A stretch of DNA of 64,000 nucleotides, taken from the NCBI GenBank assembly GCA_043228905.1, contig JBHGNT010000006.1:6944001-7008000 (forward strand). The letters are read 5' to 3'. The number at the start of each line of letters is the position of its first letter. Positions within the stretch are counted from its first letter, which is position 1. The translations under genes and the position numbers were made by a program. Under the pieces are notes generated by a model. It was not told where the DNA came from, made no database searches, and worked only from the letters and a program-made list of their open reading frames with translations. Of the stretch, positions 48,818 to 61,445 are shown piece after piece. The stretch comes from Azolla caroliniana (lineage: Eukaryota; Plantae; Polypodiophyta).

Positions 48818-51800
48818 CACAGTTACACGCTCTCTCTTCTTACACCAACAAGAATGACAACAACAGTAACTAAAAATTTGCCCTAAGTCATATTTATACT
48901 AATATGACTTTTCGGCTATTTACAAATATAGCCTCGATGGACTCTCAGAAACATATTTACGAATATGTCTCTTCATCCGGTGAGCATTCCTCACCGGGTC
49001 TGCACCATCCGGCTCTCCGTAGCCGGGTACTCCTCATCCGGTTCTCACCGGGTCTGCACCATCCGACTCTCCGAAGCCGGGTACTCCTCATCCGGTTCTC
49101 ACCGGGTCTGTACCATCCGGCTCTCCGAAGCCGGGTACTCGGTCTATCTGTCTCGGCCGAGTTTGTTCATCGGCACTGTTCTTCTCTCTTCCCATCCGGA
49201 GGGACCTGTCTCCCAACAAACTCCCCCTTCACTCCGGCATGGGGTGTCTTACTAGTCCGATCCGCTTCCGGCATGCATCCAGCTTGTCGGGTATCAACAC
49301 TTTGGTCAGCATATCTGACTCATTCTCGTCCGTGTGGATCTTCGTCAGCGCGAACTCCTGGTCATCTACACTTTCCCAGATCCAGTGATACCTTCGTTGG
49401 ATATGCTTCGTCCGGGAATGGTTGGCCGCATTCTTAGCAACATGGATGGCACTTTGACTGTCGCAATAGAGCTGGTATTCATCTTGCCGGATACCGAGCT
49501 CTCCGATGAAGTCCTTCATCCATAATATTTCCTTGCCGGCTTCCATAGCCGCCATGTACTCCGCTTCCGTGGTTGACAACGCAACCGTCTTCTGCAGCCT
49601 CGACTGCCACGAAACAGCTCCCCCTGCATATGTCATTACATACCCGGATGTAGACCGGCTGGTATCCACATCAGCCGACATGTCTGAATCGGTAAAACCG
49701 TCAAGTTGAGGTTTTCCAGAGCCGAATTGGAGACACATATGCGAAGTGCCCTTCAAGTACCGGAGTATCCATTTGACCGCGTTTCAGTGCTCCTTGCCGG
49801 GATTGCTCATGAACCGGCTCACCACTCCGACTACGTATCCTATATCCGGTCGGGTACACACCATTGCGTACATTAGGCTCCCGACGGCAGAGGCATATGG
49901 AATCTTCATCATATCCGCCTTCTCTACTTTCGTCTTCGGGCTTTGCTTACCGGATAACCTGCAGTTTGCCGGAAGTGTCGATCCGACCGGTTTCGCATCT
50001 GACATGTTGAACCGGTGAAGCACCTTTGTTACGTACTTCTCCTGTGAAAGCCACAATTGCTTCACTGACCGGTTCCAGATAATATGCATCCCCAGCATCT
50101 ATCTTGCCGGACCCAAGTCTTTCATTGAGAAGGTCCGGTTGAGAGCCTTCTTCAGCATCCGTATTTTGACTTGGTCCCGTCCGACGATCAACATGTCATC
50201 CACGTACAGAAGGAGTATCAAGAAGTCGCCTCCTTCGAACTTCTTCACAAACACACAGTGATCGGCCTGTGTCTTGTGGTACCCTTGATCGGTCATGAAG
50301 GAGTCGAACTTTCAGTACCATTGTCGGGGAGCCTGCTTCAGTCCATACAGGCTCTTCTTCAACCGGCATACCAGGTGCTCCTTCCCTTTCTCCACAAATC
50401 CTTCTAGTTGCTGCATGTAGATCTCCTCTTCGAGGTCGCCGTGAAGGAATGTCGTCTTCACGTCCAGCTGCTCTACCTCGAGGTCCATGCTTGCCGCTAT
50501 ACTCAGCACCATCCGGATGGAGATCATCTTTACTACCGGGGCAAATATCTCGTCGAAGTCCACGCCCTTCTTCTGCTGGAACCCCTTCACCACAATCCTG
50601 GCTTTGTATCTCAGGGGTTTGCCGACATCTCCCGGTTTCAACTTGTACACCCACTTATTTCGGAGTGCCCGCCTTCCTTTCGGCAACTCCACCAATTCGT
50701 ACGTATGGTTCTCATGCAGGGAATCCATCTCATCCTGCATGACACTTAACCATTTGCGGATGTGGGTGTCATCCTTCGCTTCTTTGAAGCTTTCCGGCTC
50801 CCCCTCATCGGTCAGCAGCACATGCTCTACATCCGGAAATCTCCGGGGGGGCCTTCTCTCTCTGAGAGGATATCTCTGTCTTTGGGCTTCGGTAGCTGGC
50901 TCCTCCATTTGCTCTTCATCCAAATCCAATTCGGGGTCTTGGCCGGTTCCGGTCTCAGCTTCCTCTGCTTCTTCTTCTACCGGTTCGGTATCCTCACCGT
51001 AACAGGCTGGTTCCTCGAGTGCTAACCGGTCTCTTGCTGGTTGGGTCTGCTCATCGTAGAATCTATCCTTACCGGTCAACTCGGAGTTCATTATCTTCTT
51101 CTTCGACTCCCAGTCGGCGAGCGTCTTGTCCTCCATGAAGATAATATCTCGACTCCGGAATACCTTCTTGTCGACCGGGTCCCACACTCAGTAGCTGAGC
51201 TCATCGTCGCCGTAACCGAGGAATATGCATGCCCGGGTCTTTGGATCTAACTTTCCTCTCCGGTCCTTAGCTACGTGCACGTACGCGAGACACCCGAACA
51301 CCTTCAGATGCCGGTAGGACACTTCCTTACCGGTCCAGACTCTCTGTGGCGTGTCTCCGTCCAAAGGTACTGAGGGTGATCTGTTTATCACGTATGTCGC
51401 TATCGACAGTGCCTCAACCCAAAACTTCTTGGGTAGTTTTGCATGCGCTAGCATACTTCGGACCCTCTCCATTATGGTCCGGTTCATCCTCTCGGCCAGC
51501 CCGTTTAGTTCTGGCGTCTTTGACACGGTAAATTCGAGCCGGATTCCCTTCGAGCGGCAGTACTCCTCGAACTGCCCCCAATATTCTCCTCCGTTATCTG
51601 CTTGAACCGCCTTCAGCTTCCGGCCGGTTTCTCTTTCCACTCTCGTGTGGAGCTTTTTGAAGACGGATAGCACCTGATCCTTCGTCTTCAACGGTGTGGC
51701 CCACAGCTTCCGGCTATGATCATCTATGAACGTCACGAAGTACTACGATCCTGCATGTGACTTCGTGTCCACTTGACACACATCAGTATACACCAACTCC

Positions 51801-52101
51801 AATGGTGCATTACGTCTCATCGGTGGCCTTGGTCGAAAGGAGGTCCGGTTTTGCTTACCGGCCAGACAATCAATGCACTTCTCCAAGTGCACGTTCTTCA
51901 CTGGAATGAGGTTGTCGTCTGCAAGCCTCTTCATCCCCTTCTCGCTCATATCACACAACCTCTTGTGCCACAGCTCACCGGCAGTGTCGGATGCCACGTT
52001 CACTTCCTCCGGACATAACCAAGCATTCATAAGGTACAGAGTGTTGACCTTCCAGGCCCGAGCCACAATCAGGCTCCCTTTGCTGAACTTCATGACACCG
52101 T
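48507..52101 (-). mobile_element. Ty1/Copia (Tnt1-like) 3' half: LTR 48507-49218, PPT 49219-49230, decayed IN-RT-RH 49229-52101
   Basis: FIDDHSR/ADNGGEY integrase, QLDVKT.FLHG and YVDDML RT, FTDSD..STTEAEY RNase H; PPT GAAGGGGGAG on minus. Confidence 0.92.
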
Positions 52102-52828
52102 TGTCGTGAAGAAAACCGTCCCCAGGCGCAAACCGTGTATAGTGTGTGTGAACCGGCCCTTTCACATGGGCACGTCCCTTGTTGTACGGTGGATGGGTAG
52201 GCACAAAAGTTAAAACCTAGGTAGCAATATTCTGTAAGGTAAATCGAGGAGTATCTCTGTCCGAAAGGACAGAGAGTTAATGTGATGTAAACGGGTGAGA
52301 CGGCCTCCCTCCTTGAGCTATAAAAGAGAGGGAGACGAGGAGAGAAGGGTATCGCGCGCTAGAGGGAACGAAGTGTTGTCGGACTAGGACCGAGCTCTTC
52401 TTCTCTGTCGTTCTCCATAGCCTTCTTTTGCGCAGGCTCTCGGGAGGCTGATTCTGTCCCGTGGAACGCCCATGTGCTTCCGGCAGAATCTCCATCTCGC
52501 TCTTCTGTTTGTGTGAGTGAACAGGCTTCAGTGTTCTCCTTGCCGTCCTGTTAGTTGTAACCGTCTCGATATTTATACTTATATTAATATACATACGTGT
52601 TCATATACTCGGACTTTTGGTCGTCTTGTTTTGTTGTGTTGTTGGACTGTGATTCCTATGCGCTCCCGTGTCAGTGCATGTGTAAGAGGGTCTGTTGCCT
52701 TTCCGCTCTCCTCCTTCTCCTCTACTCCTTAGTCCAAGACCCCCGTGGTCCCGCCCTTCTCCAGGCACGCGCGTAGCAACGCGACATATTTGGTGAACCC
52801 GACGTGAAAGGCGGCAGAGGAGTAGAAG

Positions 52829-54955
52829 ATGAGGGGGTCAAACCTTGCAGAAGCCATGGCTTTGGCTGTAGACCGTATAGTGAGTGCGCGTGAAGGCACT
52901 GGCGCCCTTGATAGGGCTATCGAGGCGGTTGTCGGTACAATTTACCGGTTTAGTCGAAAGGATGCCACGAGCTACTTGGCGTCCTACCGGGATGAGATGG
53001 TAATGAGGGACATTCTGGAAGAGAGGCGTCTAGCCGGATTTCCTCGAGTGGCGATGTCGGGTATCCATACGGAGGTGCTCGAGGTACGGGCCAAGAGCCG
53101 GACCAGGGAGGAGTTCGAAGGTCGGCTCCTCGAAAGATACGGGCTTGAAGATGCGCTTCGATTTTCGAAGCGGGACTTCATGGAGTGGGTGGAGACCCCC
53201 GACAAAGGAAGGAACGCGTCCGTGCTCCTTCGGGAGTTTGAGGAACGCTTCGCGCGCCTCTCAGTGCTTGACCGAACCGTTCTGGACACAAGCCGTGTCC
53301 TATTGTTTGTTAAGTCGGTTGACGAGCGGGATCGGGAGCAGGTAGGCCTCCTATTGGAGACTAATGACGGGTTGACGGCCGACTGGGCCATAGTAAAAAG
53401 GCTTTGTGGCCGTTTCGACAAACGGCGGGAATGGGCTGACAAAGGATCGACTGGGGTAGGCTCTGTCGCAGCAAGGAAGCTCGAGCCAACACCACCAACG
53501 CGAAGGGAAGAGACCCCAGATTGGCTCGAGACCGGGTTGGCTTTAACCAACATGGTCAAGGGCTCATCCGGGGGAGCAGCTCTGGAGGAGCTGATGCGGA
53601 TGGTAAAGGATCTCCAGATCGCCCAGGCATGGAGGGATGGTGGCGAACAGGCCTGTGACCGACGACCTCTCGCTGAAAATAGGTGCATGTGGTGTGACGC
53701 GGTTCGGCACGTCCGGAAGGACTGCAAGGACTTCGCCGAGGCGATGAGAAGCAACGTGGTGTACCTGTGGAACGGTCGGGTGCACGCCAGCGAGACCCGA
53801 AGGGCCCTGAACCTAAACGTCGGGCGAGGGGGTATGAAAAGGCTAATGGAGGAGGCGGCGGCTCGTCACGCGGAGACCGTCCACTACTCGGCGTCAGCTG
53901 GTATTCGGGTCGGAGGTGGCGAGGCCCCGAAGATGAACAAAGCCGGGTTCTGGCCGACGATGCTGGAAGGCCTCGACGGCACGCGGTTGAGGAAAGAAGA
54001 GGTGGACCGCGCGGAAAAACGGGTCCGGGAGGTAACCGGGTGGAGTGACCCGGTGGAAGAAAAGACGGGCTTCGTCGAAGCCGCTTGTCAAAACTACGAG
54101 GCTCTGGTAGAGGACAAGCGAGTAGGGAAAACCGGAGGGGCCGGGCCCTCGCAGCGATATGAAACTCGATTCGGGCAAAGGCGGAATGAGGCCGGTGTAC
54201 TCGGCGCCCAGGATAATCCCAAGAAGGGCGGGTACCGGTTGGGCACAGAAATCAAAAGATCCACGAACCTGCGAAAGGTCCTAGAAGAACGAATCCTCGA
54301 CAGCAAGGTGGAACTGTCGCTGAGGGAAGTGCTTGGGATCACCAAGAAGGAGTTCCACGACTCCATCGTAGACTTGGTGAAGAGAAAGAGGCTGTCGACG
54401 GAGACAGAACCGGAGAAGCCGGTGGAGGTGCGGACGATGCACATAGAGGACATGGCGTTGGAAGACAAGTTGGCGGAGAGCCACTATTCGAGGCCGCACT
54501 GGGCCAGAGCGACTACAGAGACCCCCGTGAAGATCGGAGATGTTCATGAACCGGTGGTGGCGTTGGTAGACCACGGTTCAGAAATCAATTTGATGTCCAT
54601 GGACTTCTATAAGAAGGGGAAATGGCCGATCAACACCAAGCACGGGTGGAAAATACGGGCGGCAACGCGTGCCACCGAGGAACTGCATGGAGCCTGCCCG
54701 AATGTACGAGTAAAGATCGGCGATGTCGAGATTGACCAGCACTTCTTCGTGCAAGAGACGTCCTCACATCCGGTTATACTCGGAGAACCGTACATCACAG
54801 CAGCACGAATGGAGACCAAGGTGCTGGACAACGGCTCAGCCTATGCGAGGGTCAAGAGCCAGGATGGGCGCCACTCGGTCCAGTTCCTGACGGTGAGGCC
54901 GAACCATGAGCGGAACCGCGAGACCCTCAAGGGCGAAAGCCGAGAGGATTTTTAG
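52829..54955 (+). CDS. gag: Gag-protease polyprotein (708 aa)
   Basis: CMWCDAVRHVRKDC knuckle; LVDHGSE and VILGEP aspartic protease motifs. Confidence 0.9.
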   Translation: MRGSNLAEAMALAVDRIVSAREGTGALDRAIEAVVGTIYRFSRKDATSYLASYRDEMVMRDILEERRLAGFPRVAMSGIHTEVLEVRAKSRTREEFEGRLLERYGLEDALRFSKRDFMEWVETPDKGRNASVLLREFEERFARLSVLDRTVLDTSRVLLFVKSVDERDREQVGLLLETNDGLTADWAIVKRLCGRFDKRREWADKGSTGVGSVAARKLEPTPPTRREETPDWLETGLALTNMVKGSSGGAALEELMRMVKDLQIAQAWRDGGEQACDRRPLAENRCMWCDAVRHVRKDCKDFAEAMRSNVVYLWNGRVHASETRRALNLNVGRGGMKRLMEEAAARHAETVHYSASAGIRVGGGEAPKMNKAGFWPTMLEGLDGTRLRKEEVDRAEKRVREVTGWSDPVEEKTGFVEAACQNYEALVEDKRVGKTGGAGPSQRYETRFGQRRNEAGVLGAQDNPKKGGYRLGTEIKRSTNLRKVLEERILDSKVELSLREVLGITKKEFHDSIVDLVKRKRLSTETEPEKPVEVRTMHIEDMALEDKLAESHYSRPHWARATTETPVKIGDVHEPVVALVDHGSEINLMSMDFYKKGKWPINTKHGWKIRAATRATEELHGACPNVRVKIGDVEIDQHFFVQETSSHPVILGEPYITAARMETKVLDNGSAYARVKSQDGRHSVQFLTVRPNHERNRETLKGESREDF

Positions 54956-55011
54956 AGAGGGCTATCAAGGCATGGGGCCGCGATAGTCCGGACACTCCGG
55001 GAAAACCCCAC
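54946..55011 (+). promoter_or_regulatory. Putative -1 ribosomal frameshift signal (G GAU UUU plus pseudoknot)
   Basis: Heptamer directly before the gag-PR TAG; pol is open in the -1 frame; stem GGGCTATC/GATAGTCC; loop TGGGG can pair with CCCCA at 55006-55010. Confidence 0.72.
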
Positions 55012-58000
55012 AAATGTACGATAGCGGAGAAAGCCTGTACTATAAGTAGGAAATTTTGGTTCTCCAACAACGGAGGGTGTACAATAGTTGACGTTGTTGG
55101 ACGGAAGAAGAAGAGGGCAGAGGAGCGACTTTGGGCATGTGGTATCCTCGGCCTCGGAGAGGAAATCAACGGAGCCGTGGAGGCGGTCTCTTTCGACGAT
55201 ACCTTGGGGGAGCTGCGGGAGGTAGTCGGAGGAGTCCTTAAAAGGGACCAGACGATTCCGGTATGTTCGGAAAAGATGTACGAAGTCATCGCGGACTTCA
55301 GTAAAGGGCTCGAGTCGGATCGGACGGCCCAGGTGGACACCAGGTACAAGACTGTGGACCGGAAGGTGAGGCCAGTCGCGGCTCCCTTGCCGGAGGGCAG
55401 CGGGTTGCGAATAAGAGGGGGAGCGTCGGACCCGAGTTTACGAAATCCGGCCCGCATAGGACACACGTTCACTGACATAACGCTACGCGAGCTCAAAATC
55501 GGTGGGGGCGGCTTCCTACTGCAGGCGGAAGAGGACCGTTTTCGGGGAATGCTCGGAAGGCACGGGAAGGCTTTCGCATTCTCACCGGAGGAGATCGGGT
55601 GCGTAGACCCGACAGTCGTGGAACCGATGGTGATATTCACGGTACCGCATGTGCCGTGGAGTCTCAAACCGATTCCAGTACCCAGAGCTCACATCCCGAA
55701 GTTGATGGAGCTGTTAAAGCAGAAGGTCGAGATGGGAATCCTCGAACCGTCGAGTGCCCCATACTCGAATCGGTGGTTTACCGTGCCGAAGAAGGACGGC
55801 ACGCTGCGCTTTATCCAAGACCTGCAGCCGGTCAACAAGGTGACCATTCGAAACGCAGGAATCCGACCAACAATCGACGAGTTCGCGGAGGCCTTCGCCG
55901 GAAGGTCGATTTACTCGGTCTGTGATCTCTACTCAGGGTACGATCAGTTTCAGCTTGCCGTAGAGAGCAGAGACATCACGACAATGCGAACTCCTCTCGG
56001 CCTAGTACGGATGTGTACCCTGCCGCAAGGAGGGACGAACTCGGTGCCTCACATGGTGAACGCAATGAACAAAGTGTTGAGGGATTGTATCCCGGACATC
56101 ACCGTGCCGTTTTTGGACGACGTCCCGATCAAGGGATGCTCGGTGGAGGAAATGGACGAGACGATCGGACCGGACGGGTGCCGGAAATTCGTGGCGACGC
56201 ACATCGATGACTGCGAGAAGGTGCTGCAGAGGTTGGAGAGCGCGAGGCTCACCTTCTCCGGGGGAAAGTCGGCCTTCGGGCAATCAGAGGTCATGGTCGT
56301 CGGACACCTATGTGGGCCATACGGCCGGAAACCGTCTCCAACTAAGGTAGAAGCCATCTCGGCGATGAAGAACGACTGTAGCTCAGTCACGGAGGTTCAG
56401 AGGTTCTTGGGAGCGTGCACGTTCTACCACATATGGATCCCGCATTACGCTCACGTCGCGGGGCCGTTATACGGGTTGTTGAAAAAGGGGCGAAAATTCG
56501 AGTGGAGAGGCGAGCATACGGAGTCTGTCCGGAAGATGAAGGAAGCCCTTGCCGCAGCTCCGGCGCTCCGAAAGGTTGTCTACGGAAAGGACACTCCGAT
56601 TTACGTAACGATAGACACGAGTCCAACCGGGATCGGATGGGTCATCAACCAAGAGGACGAGGACGACATGCGTTTCCCGATCCGGTTCGGCGCGAAGGTC
56701 CTCAGCGAGTGACAGCGAGGATAGGCCCAGGTTAAACGCGAGCTCTAGGGTATCGTTTCGGCGGTAAAGGCCGATAAAGACTACCTGATCGGGGCAGAGG
56801 TAATTATTGAGACGGACTGCCTGCCAATTCTTGGCATGGTTTCCGGATGCGCAAGGCCGTACCTGGCAATGCTCAGGTGGATAGCGTACATCAAGTCCCT
56901 AAATCCGGAAATACGACACATTTCCGGGAAAGACAATGCCATGGCCGACATGCTTTCAAGGGCAAGGTTCGAAAACGAGGGCGGCATGGTTTCGAAGGAC
57001 GAGGAAGTCGGCGTGGACTTCTTCAAGGCAGCTCACGTAACAACCGGCAGGGAATGCACTCCAATGCTAACGATTTCAACGAGAGCAAGTACGACGGGGA
57101 GTGGCTGCAGATCGGCGGGTTCCTGAAAACAATGACACCGGACGCGGCATGGACAATAGACAAGGCCAACCAGATTCGGAAGAAAGCCTATCGATTCTTT
57201 CTCCGGGACGGATACATATGGAAGCACCCAAAGAAGAGGAACGGCATCCCGCTCCGAGTGGTGGCGAAGAAGGAGGATCAGGAGGATTTGCTGGCGGCGT
57301 ACCACGATAGCCCGTGGGCTGGACACCGTGCAACGTGGGCCACGTTCAAAAAGCTAAAGGGGAAGTACTAGTGGCCGGGACTATACCGGGACGTGCATCG
57401 CTTCGTGACGACTTGCGAAAGCTGTCAGGTGCACTCCATGATCCGACATTGGGACGAGCTTCACCCGACCTACCCTCCGACCGTCCACTTCAAGTGGATG
57501 GTGGATTTGGTGACGATGCCAATGGGGGTAGGACAGATGCGGTATCTGGTGCTGGCTCGGGAAGATCTAACGAACCAGGTTGAAGGTCGAGCCTTGCAGA
57601 ACAAGACGACGGCAGCCGTGTGCCGGTTTTTGATTGAGAACGTAGTATGCCGATACAGGTGCGTAGGGAAGATCGTGGCTGACCGTGGTGAGCTGGACGC
57701 AAAAGAGGCCGAAGAGTTGTTTGACCGGCTAGGAGTCAAACTTTCGCTCACCACAGCGTACAATCCGGAGGCGAACAGGAAGGTGGAGCGCGGATACGGG
57801 CCAATTGTCAAAGCGTTAGTACGGGCGTGCGGAGGCCGAGTCGGGGACTGGCCACGACTGCTACCTTATGCCTTGTGGGCGGACCGGACTATGCACAGTT
57901 CGATAACCGGGTTCATGCCGGCCGAGCTAATGTTCGGACAGAAGCCGATCATGCCTACAGAGTGAACGATCTCCTCGTGGGCCACGGTGGACTGGAGGGA

Positions 58001-58439
58001 TGAGATGAGCCGGGAGGAACTGTTGGCGGCGCGGATTCAACAACTCGAACGGAGGCCGGAGGACGTAGAGCGGGCCGCGGAGAAACTTCGGGTAGTGAGG
58101 ATAAGGAGCAAAGCCCGGTTCGACCGAACACACCGGCTCCGGCCAAGGAAGATCGAGGAAGGCGACTGGGTGCTTGTCTACGACAGCAGCCTCGACAACC
58201 AGCACAAGGCCACATGGAAGTTTGCTAGGAGGTGGTTCGGGCCTTACATAGTAACAGGCGCCAACAACAATGGGACATACCATCTCGCGGAGCTTGACGG
58301 TACGAGAATGGCGATACAGGTAGCGGGGAAAAGGATCAAAACGTTCAAGAAGCACAACGACGGGGAGCCGGAGCAAGGGGGCATGGACAACGACGACGAG
58401 CAGTCCGAGGCGGAGGATGAACCGGTAGACGGGGAATAA
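54946..58439 (+). pseudogene. pol: pol (RT-RNaseH-integrase, no chromodomain) with several stops and one frameshift
   Basis: ORFs 55177-56712, 56836-57126, 56847-57371, 57393-57965 and 57987-58439; ends in an acidic tail. Confidence 0.9.
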
Positions 58440-59395
58440 AAGCAAGGATTGGTTTTCTCCCGTAGGAACCCAATTTTGGCGCATGCCGGTGGATGCGCGG
58501 TTAGGTGGGGGCGAATGTCATGAAGAAAACCGTCCCCAGGCGCAAACCGTGTATAGTGTGTGTGAACCGACCCTTTCACGTGGGCACGTCCCTTGTTGTA
58601 CGGTGGATGGGCAGGCACAAAAGTTAAATCCTAGGTAGCAATATTCTGTAAGGGAAATTGAGGAGTATCTCTGTGCGAAAGGACAGAGAGTTAATGTGAT
58701 GTAAACGGGTGAGACGGCCTCCCTCCTTGAGCTATAAAAGAGAGGGAGACCGGGAGAGAAGGGTATCGTGCGCTAGAGGGAACGAAGTGTTGTCGGACTA
58801 GGACCGAGCTCTTCTTCTCTGTCGTTCTCCATAGCCTTCTTTTGCGCAGGCTCTCGGGAGGATGATTCTGTCCCGTGGAACGCCCGTGTGCTTCCGGCAG
58901 AATCTCCATCTCGCTCTTCTGTTTGTGTGAGTGAACAGGCTTCAGTGTTCTCCTTGCCGTCCTGTTAGTTGTAACCGTCTCGATATTTATACTTATATTA
59001 ATATACATACGTGTTCATATACTCGGACTTCTGGTCGTCTCGTTTTGCTATGTTGTTGGACTGTGATTCCTATGCGCTCCCGTGTCAGTGCGTGTGTAAG
59101 AGGGTCTGTTGCCTTTCCGCTCTCCTCCTTCTCCTCTACTCCTTAGTCCAAGACCCCCGTGGTCCCGCCCTTCTCCACGCACGCGCGTAGCAACGCGACA
59201 TATTTGGTGAACCCGACGTGAAAGGCGGCAGAGGAGTAGAAGATGAGGGGGTCGGACCTTGCAGAAGCCATGGCTTCGGCTGTAGACCGTATAGTGAGTG
59301 CGCGCGAAGGCACTGGTGCCCTTGATAGGGCTATCGAGGCGGTTGTCGGTACGATCGGCCGGTTAATATATCTTGTTGATAATCTTGTCTCCATC

Positions 59396-61445
59396 TGTTG
59401 GGATTACGGTCCCTCCGGATGGGATGGTTGGATGTCCGGGAATCGGGAATGAAGACCCCGGCTACGGAGCCGGATGACGAAGACCCGGTTCCGGATCCGG
59501 ATGATGAAGACCCCGGCTACGGAGCCGGATGACGAAGACCCGGTTCGGGATACGGATGATGAAGACCCCGGCTACGGAGCCGGATGACGAATGTACCCGG
59601 AGAGAGATCTGGATGCGGGGACATATTTGTGAATATGTTTGCCAAGGGCCCTTGAGGCTATATTTGTAAATAGCCCGAAAGTCATATGTGTATAAATATG
59701 ACTTAGGGCAAACAGTTTTGTTGTTGTTGCTCATTTTTCTGTTTTCCACTTAGAGGGAGCGAAGTGAGAGCAGCCGAGAGAGAGAATGAGAGAGAGAGAA
59801 AGGAAGTGGTCGACGCCTCTGTGTAATACCGCCGCCTGTGGCGAGGACAGCGAGCTCAAGGTCGTCGCCTTGCAGCTCGCCATTGTACATTCCCTGCGTA
59901 TAGTGATAGTTGGAGTCTTGCACTCCCGTGGTTTTTCCCGTCTAGGGTTTTCCACGCTAAACCCTGTGCATTCGAGTCTCTCCCTGTGTTTTCGTTTTCT
60001 GCTGCATTGATTCGTGTTTCCTCAGTTGTGGCCGAGAGGTGAAGGTTTTGAAAGCGTCAATTCCTAACAATCTGGTATCAGAGCGACTGCAGTGCAGAAA
60101 ATGGAAGGCGACAGCAGCGGGCAGCCGGGGATGATGGTGCTGAATGCGCAGAACTACGCCGACTGGAAGATAAAGATGGAGGATCTGCTCATTGTTCGGG
60201 ACCTGTATGAACCGATCGACAGGTCGGAAATACCCAAGGGGGTACTTGAGACGGAATGGAGGCTTCTGAACCGGAAAGCCGTTGCAACCATTCGGCAATA
60301 CGTCGACGTGAGCGTTCTACAACATGTGGCGAACGACACCAACGCATATGAGATGTGGCAGAAGCTGTCGGGCCTCTACGAGAGGAAGAATGCGTTGAAC
60401 CGGACCTCCCTGATGAGGAAGATAGTGAACCTCAAGTACCGGGACGGCGAGAGTATGGTGGAACACGTAAGCACGTTCATGGGATTCGTGAACCAGCTTG
60501 CGGCGATCAAGTTCCCGTTGGAGGATGCAATGCAAGCCATCATGCTGATGTGTACATTGCCGGAAAGCTGGGAGAACTTGGTGGTGACTCTCAGCACCTC
60601 CTGCACCGAAGATAACTTGTCCCTACAAACGGTAAAGACAAGCATTTTTAACGAAGAAGCGCGTCGGAGAGATAAAGAACCGGCCTCCGATCCGAAGATG
60701 CTGCTTACCGAATCGGATCGGGGAAGACAACGGAATCGGAGTCCGCAAAGACGGGAGAAGTCGGGGACCCGGTCGCAGTCAAGAGGAAGGCCCACATGCT
60801 TCCACTGTGGGAAGCCGGGGCACTTCCGAAAGAATTGTCGGCATTACAGAAAAGACAACGGAGCCGACGACACCGATTCGAAGAAGTCTTCGGAACGGAA
60901 CGGTGCTTACCGGGGAGCCACGGACCGGAATGGTTCGGATCGGCGAGGGCAGGACCGGAAAGGAACGACGGCACTCGCGGCAAGTGAAGAGGAGATCATG
61001 CTCATCACCGAAGAAGGTGAACTAAACATTGCCGGCGATGAGACTACCTGGGTGGTCGATTCCGGAGCGTCGTTCCACCTGACCCCGGAAAGAAGATACT
61101 TCTCATCCTACACAGCCGGTGACCATGGTTGTGTTCGGATGGGAAATGAAGGTACGTGCCGGATTGCCGGCATAGGAGACGTGTGGTTGACAACCTCGAC
61201 CGGATGCATAATGTTGCTGAAGGATGTCCGACACGTTCCGGAGGTTCGATTGAACCTGATTTCGGCCGGGAGGCTAGACGATGAACGCTACACAGGTAGC
61301 ATCCGGAACTGCGTAATGAAGTTCAGCAAGGGGAGCCTGATAGTGGCTCGGGCCCGGAAAGTCAACACACTGTACCTTATGAATGCCTGGTTATGTCCGG
61401 AAGAGTTGAACGTGGCAGCCGACACTGCCGGTGAGCTGTGGCACA
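59396..61445 (+). mobile_element. Ty1/Copia 5' part (LTR 59396-60069, iMet PBS 60073-60084, gag-PR from ATG 60101); left arm of the palindrome
   Basis: TGGTATCAGAGC; CFHCGKPGHFRKNC; WVVDSGAS; breaks at GELWH. Confidence 0.92.

Larger units (their letters stand above)
52102..59363 (+). mobile_element. Near-complete group A Ty3/Gypsy element (685-bp LTRs at 52102-52786 and 58516-59200) followed by the start of a second tandem unit
   Basis: Trp PBS at 52791-52808 and again at 59205-59222; PPT AGGTGGGGGCGAA at 58503-58515; second gag start at 59243. Confidence 0.93.

Noticed and set aside
57987-58439. Chromodomain at the integrase C-terminus
   Set aside because: After the GPY motif the protein ends in a short acidic tail with no chromodomain pattern.
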